Below, one piece after another: positions 60,836 through 64,000 of a stretch of DNA of 64,000 nucleotides; within the stretch, counting starts at the first letter, position 1, and each line of letters starts with the position of its first letter. The position numbers and the translations under genes were made by a program. Below the pieces are notes generated by a model. It had not been told where the DNA came from and did no database searches. It was given only the letters and a program-made list of their open reading frames with translations. Location of the stretch: positions 14,224,371-14,288,370 of the forward strand of contig NC_092678.1 in the NCBI RefSeq assembly GCF_964355755.1. Direction: 5' to 3'. The DNA is from Antedon mediterranea. Lineage: Eukaryota; Animalia; Echinodermata.

Positions 60836-63800
60836 TATCCAACACCCCTTACCATATTGAAGACGGTGTCAAAATTAATTTTCTGAGCGTTTGTAAAGTT
60901 AAGGGTAAAACCCTTAACTTTACAAACGGTCTTCCCCGTATCCAATTTATAGGCGTAGTTCTTAGGCCCCCCCAGAAACGAAGGACTCGATGAATTTACC
61001 ATCTTTAGGATCGACCTCGGTCGTTAACTGACCCAAATAGTCGCCCAGGGGAGGGTCCCAATCCCCGGGTTTTGATACGAAGATTACGCTGTCGGTATCG
61101 TAATACAGGACGCGCTCCTGTAATTGTTCCAACAGCTCGTACAATTTTAAACGCGCTAACGCTGTGGTAAATGCGGCAATGACAACGTTAACCTTTCGGT
61201 TAACTTCTACAAATTGTTCCTCGTCCTCGTATTTTACCTCCGCCAAATCATCATTAACAAAATTTATGTCATGAACGGTTATCCCAGGGTTCGATAAAAT
61301 ATCGTAAACCTCGTTAGGATCTTGCGTATATTTAATTCTCGTGAGATTTTCACGCTGGCCAAATTTACCCCAAAAACTATTTAGCATTAATTTGGCCAGA
61401 GATCGAAGCCCAGGATTGTACGCAATGTCGTCATGATTCAAGTCGATACCTTCTACGGTTCGATAATCCGAAATGTATTTTTGTTTATCTTCGGGCGTTT
61501 TACACCATTCAGGCCAACCCGAAGCTTCTTGTTTCAATTTTAAAAAGGTGTTAATGTAAGAGGCAAATAGACCGGACGAGTGAGAATCTGCAGAGTACGC
61601 GCTTTTATTTTTAAAGTGCCATACTACGTGAACTTTACGTATCTCGTACCCAACTTCCACGGCTTTAGCGACTTCGATCGTTGCCCAAGAACCCGTAAAT
61701 TCTCTATCTGTACCGGAATGATTGCAAGCGGTTTGTTGTTGGGAATCGGCGCATGTTCTACAGAGGGCAAACATTAATTTACCGTTTGATCTATAAGGTA
61801 AGACCGGATTGAATAATTTTTTAGGCGCTTCGATTGTACACTTTATCAAGCCGAAATAATCATTGATATCCGTGGACATGTCGTTGCGATCATTGATTTC
61901 AGGATGCCCTACGGGGTAGGTACCGTATTTATTTACATAAGGGTACAAGGAAGTATAATCTATGTAATTAATTTCTTCACCCGGTTTTACCTTATAGAAC
62001 AAACAACTGGCATTAGTCCACCCACCGAAAAACGCGTCTCTTGGATTCAAAGTTTGCCTAATTAAAGGAACTTTGGAGACGATAGATTTAATGTTTGGGC
62101 CAACGATTGTTTGATCCGTTTCCATTCGTGCTCCCAAATTTCGACGTACTCGAAATCCGGAAATTGTTCCTTCAGAAACCGTGATTTCTTGCTTGTCTTG
62201 ACAAAGCATTCCAACATGGTCTCGTTATTGAAGGGATTAATGGAATCGGGTCTATAACAATCTTGGCACCCGTGGAAAAAACAACCGATAAATTCGAAAA
62301 TTATTTTGTTTTCTGAACATGCGCCGTCGACAGAGTAAGGCCCAAACATTTTTTCCCCTCCATTTCTGGCATGATGGATAAAGACCCCCCTTTTATGCGC
62401 CTCGTAGCACAGCCATTCCATGCTAGAGTGAGAATGGTTAACGGTTGTTAGATACCCTGATGATGGAAATAGAGCGATGGTGGATGGTTTTTAAAAAATT
62501 CTAGAAAATACGTGGTTACACGCTGAGGCAATTGCCATTAAATTATTTGAAAAGGGGTCAACACCGCCGAGTAGAGGGTTTTTCGGCGATATAGTTACTT
62601 TCAAAAAAAGATGTCTAAAAGTAAGACAACACTTTCTGAGAATATCTACATCGCTGATACAATAGTCGACGAGTTCTTTTTTAAGATCAAATAGTTGATT
62701 ACTTTCAATTTTCTGGTTGTACCATTTAAAGAAAGATTCTCGACCTGAAGTAGTCATTTTATCGGGGGAATAATTTGAAGAATCGGGGTAAGGACCTACG
62801 TAATTTTGGTTTTTTAAAGAATTAAAATAATGAGGAAAGTAACCCTTTTTAAGTTCGGAGATGCCAAAAGTTTTGGGCAATTTGGATAGAGGCATGGGCA
62901 GAAATGAAAGGGAATCGATGAATCGAATACTCGTTTCTTTAGTCCTAATCGAAATAAGTTTACCACCGCGAGCAATTACATCCGGTACAATGGAGTTTTC
63001 GTACAGGTAGTTGAGCACGAAGTAGCTATCATAACCCTGGAAGTTGTGAGCGATACACGTAATATTTTCGTTAAATTTGTAATCTTTGAATACGTAATTG
63101 CAGAAATCTTCGCATGCAGACCCCCCGTGAAAAACCACTGTTTTATCCCCACACACATCACAAACGGCGGAATCATTAGCACCGTCGATACAATTAAGAC
63201 AAGTTTTTTGAAGAACGCATACATTTGGTTTGTGTTCGCCTGTATCTTGCGTGCATTCGAAATCAAAAAAGAAATATTTGGTGACAGCTCTGTTACGGGC
63301 CTCCTGATTCTTAAACTTTTTTTAGTATGCTTAGGGGCTACAACCGGTTCCATGTAGCATTGATGATCGTATGAAACGAAAGTCCTACAAATTCTACAAA
63401 AGCGGTTTTGACAATTGTGATCTTTTTGAACGATCCTATTACAAGTTGAACAATTTTTAATTTTGCCACATACTGAAACTTTAGAATCAGGAGATTTTTT
63501 ATGATTGGTGAAACATTGCTTATCCTTAAAAAATTACATTCTATTCAATTCTACTCTCTCTATTTTCAAAATAATTAGAAGAGGGGCAGTCATTGTGCTT
63601 GCACAGCACGCACGTAAATTGACAATTGTGTTGGTATTTGTGAATATACCCCTTATGACATCTATCGCAGAAATAGTCAATTTTTAGAAAACCTGTCATT
63701 GTGGTTATGAGATCGTAATGGTTAGAATGATGATAAAGATATATCTGCTTCATTCTATAATCGCCGCTAAAAATGACAGAATTTAAATTGTCTTTTTAAA

Positions 63801-64000
63801 TGACAATAATTTGGTAATTTGGTAATTTTGATTGCATCTTTTTTATTTCCTCGATGCCGCATGTCTGCTCCCTAACCCCCGAATCTCTAAGTAAATGAAG
63901 GGCGGCTATTTTTTGCTGACCCCAACCTCGACTAATGTTATTCCATCTAGTTACGTTGTTAATTTTGTCTTCGAGCATAGAAATACCCGTAACAATAGCG
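60250..64000 (-). pseudogene. Protein-primed family B DNA polymerase (pPolB) with embedded VSR-like nuclease domain, frameshifted
   Basis: FFDFE, IAHNFQGYD, FIDSL, KGYFPH, YCISDV; VDG..FEFIGCFFHGC..IWEHEW; DYTSLYP, KLMLNSFWGKFGQ, YYDTDS, KNYAY, KVKGFTL, TVPYGY. Confidence 0.9.

Larger units (their letters stand above)
54664..64000 (-). mobile_element. Polinton/Maverick-like element, decayed, extends beyond the window
   Basis: pPolB relic at 60250-64000; candidate terminus AGTAGAAG at 54664 followed by subterminal ~102-bp repeats. The left boundary is inferred. Confidence 0.65.

Overview
AT-rich eukaryotic DNA, probably from an invertebrate animal (the taxon cannot be fixed from sequence alone). 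The host feature is one + strand, multi-exon ROCO-type gene running from before base 28 to beyond 54444. It has about 22 single-repeat ankyrin exons, all phase 0: 16 are splice-competent (14 of 105 nt, 2 of 111 nt) and 6 are dead or truncated. These are followed by a capping exon and six exons of a ROC GTPase domain ([24 protein letters not shown]). The young ankyrin exons at 43.5-50.3 kb arose by tandem duplication of a ~1.8-kb three-exon unit and look mosaic. The introns are packed with mobile DNA: two Helitron-like copies, an L1/Tx1 LINE, CR1/L2-group fragments, a BEL/Pao relic, nested hAT-like MITEs, SINEs, solo LTRs, Neptune- and Naiad-like Penelope elements with hammerhead ribozymes, and (TA)n-associated repeats carrying tRNA-like cassettes. 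From ~54.66 kb to the window end lies a decayed Polinton/Maverick-like element (pPolB) containing a Rex-Babar LINE. All calls come from manual reading; no searches were run.
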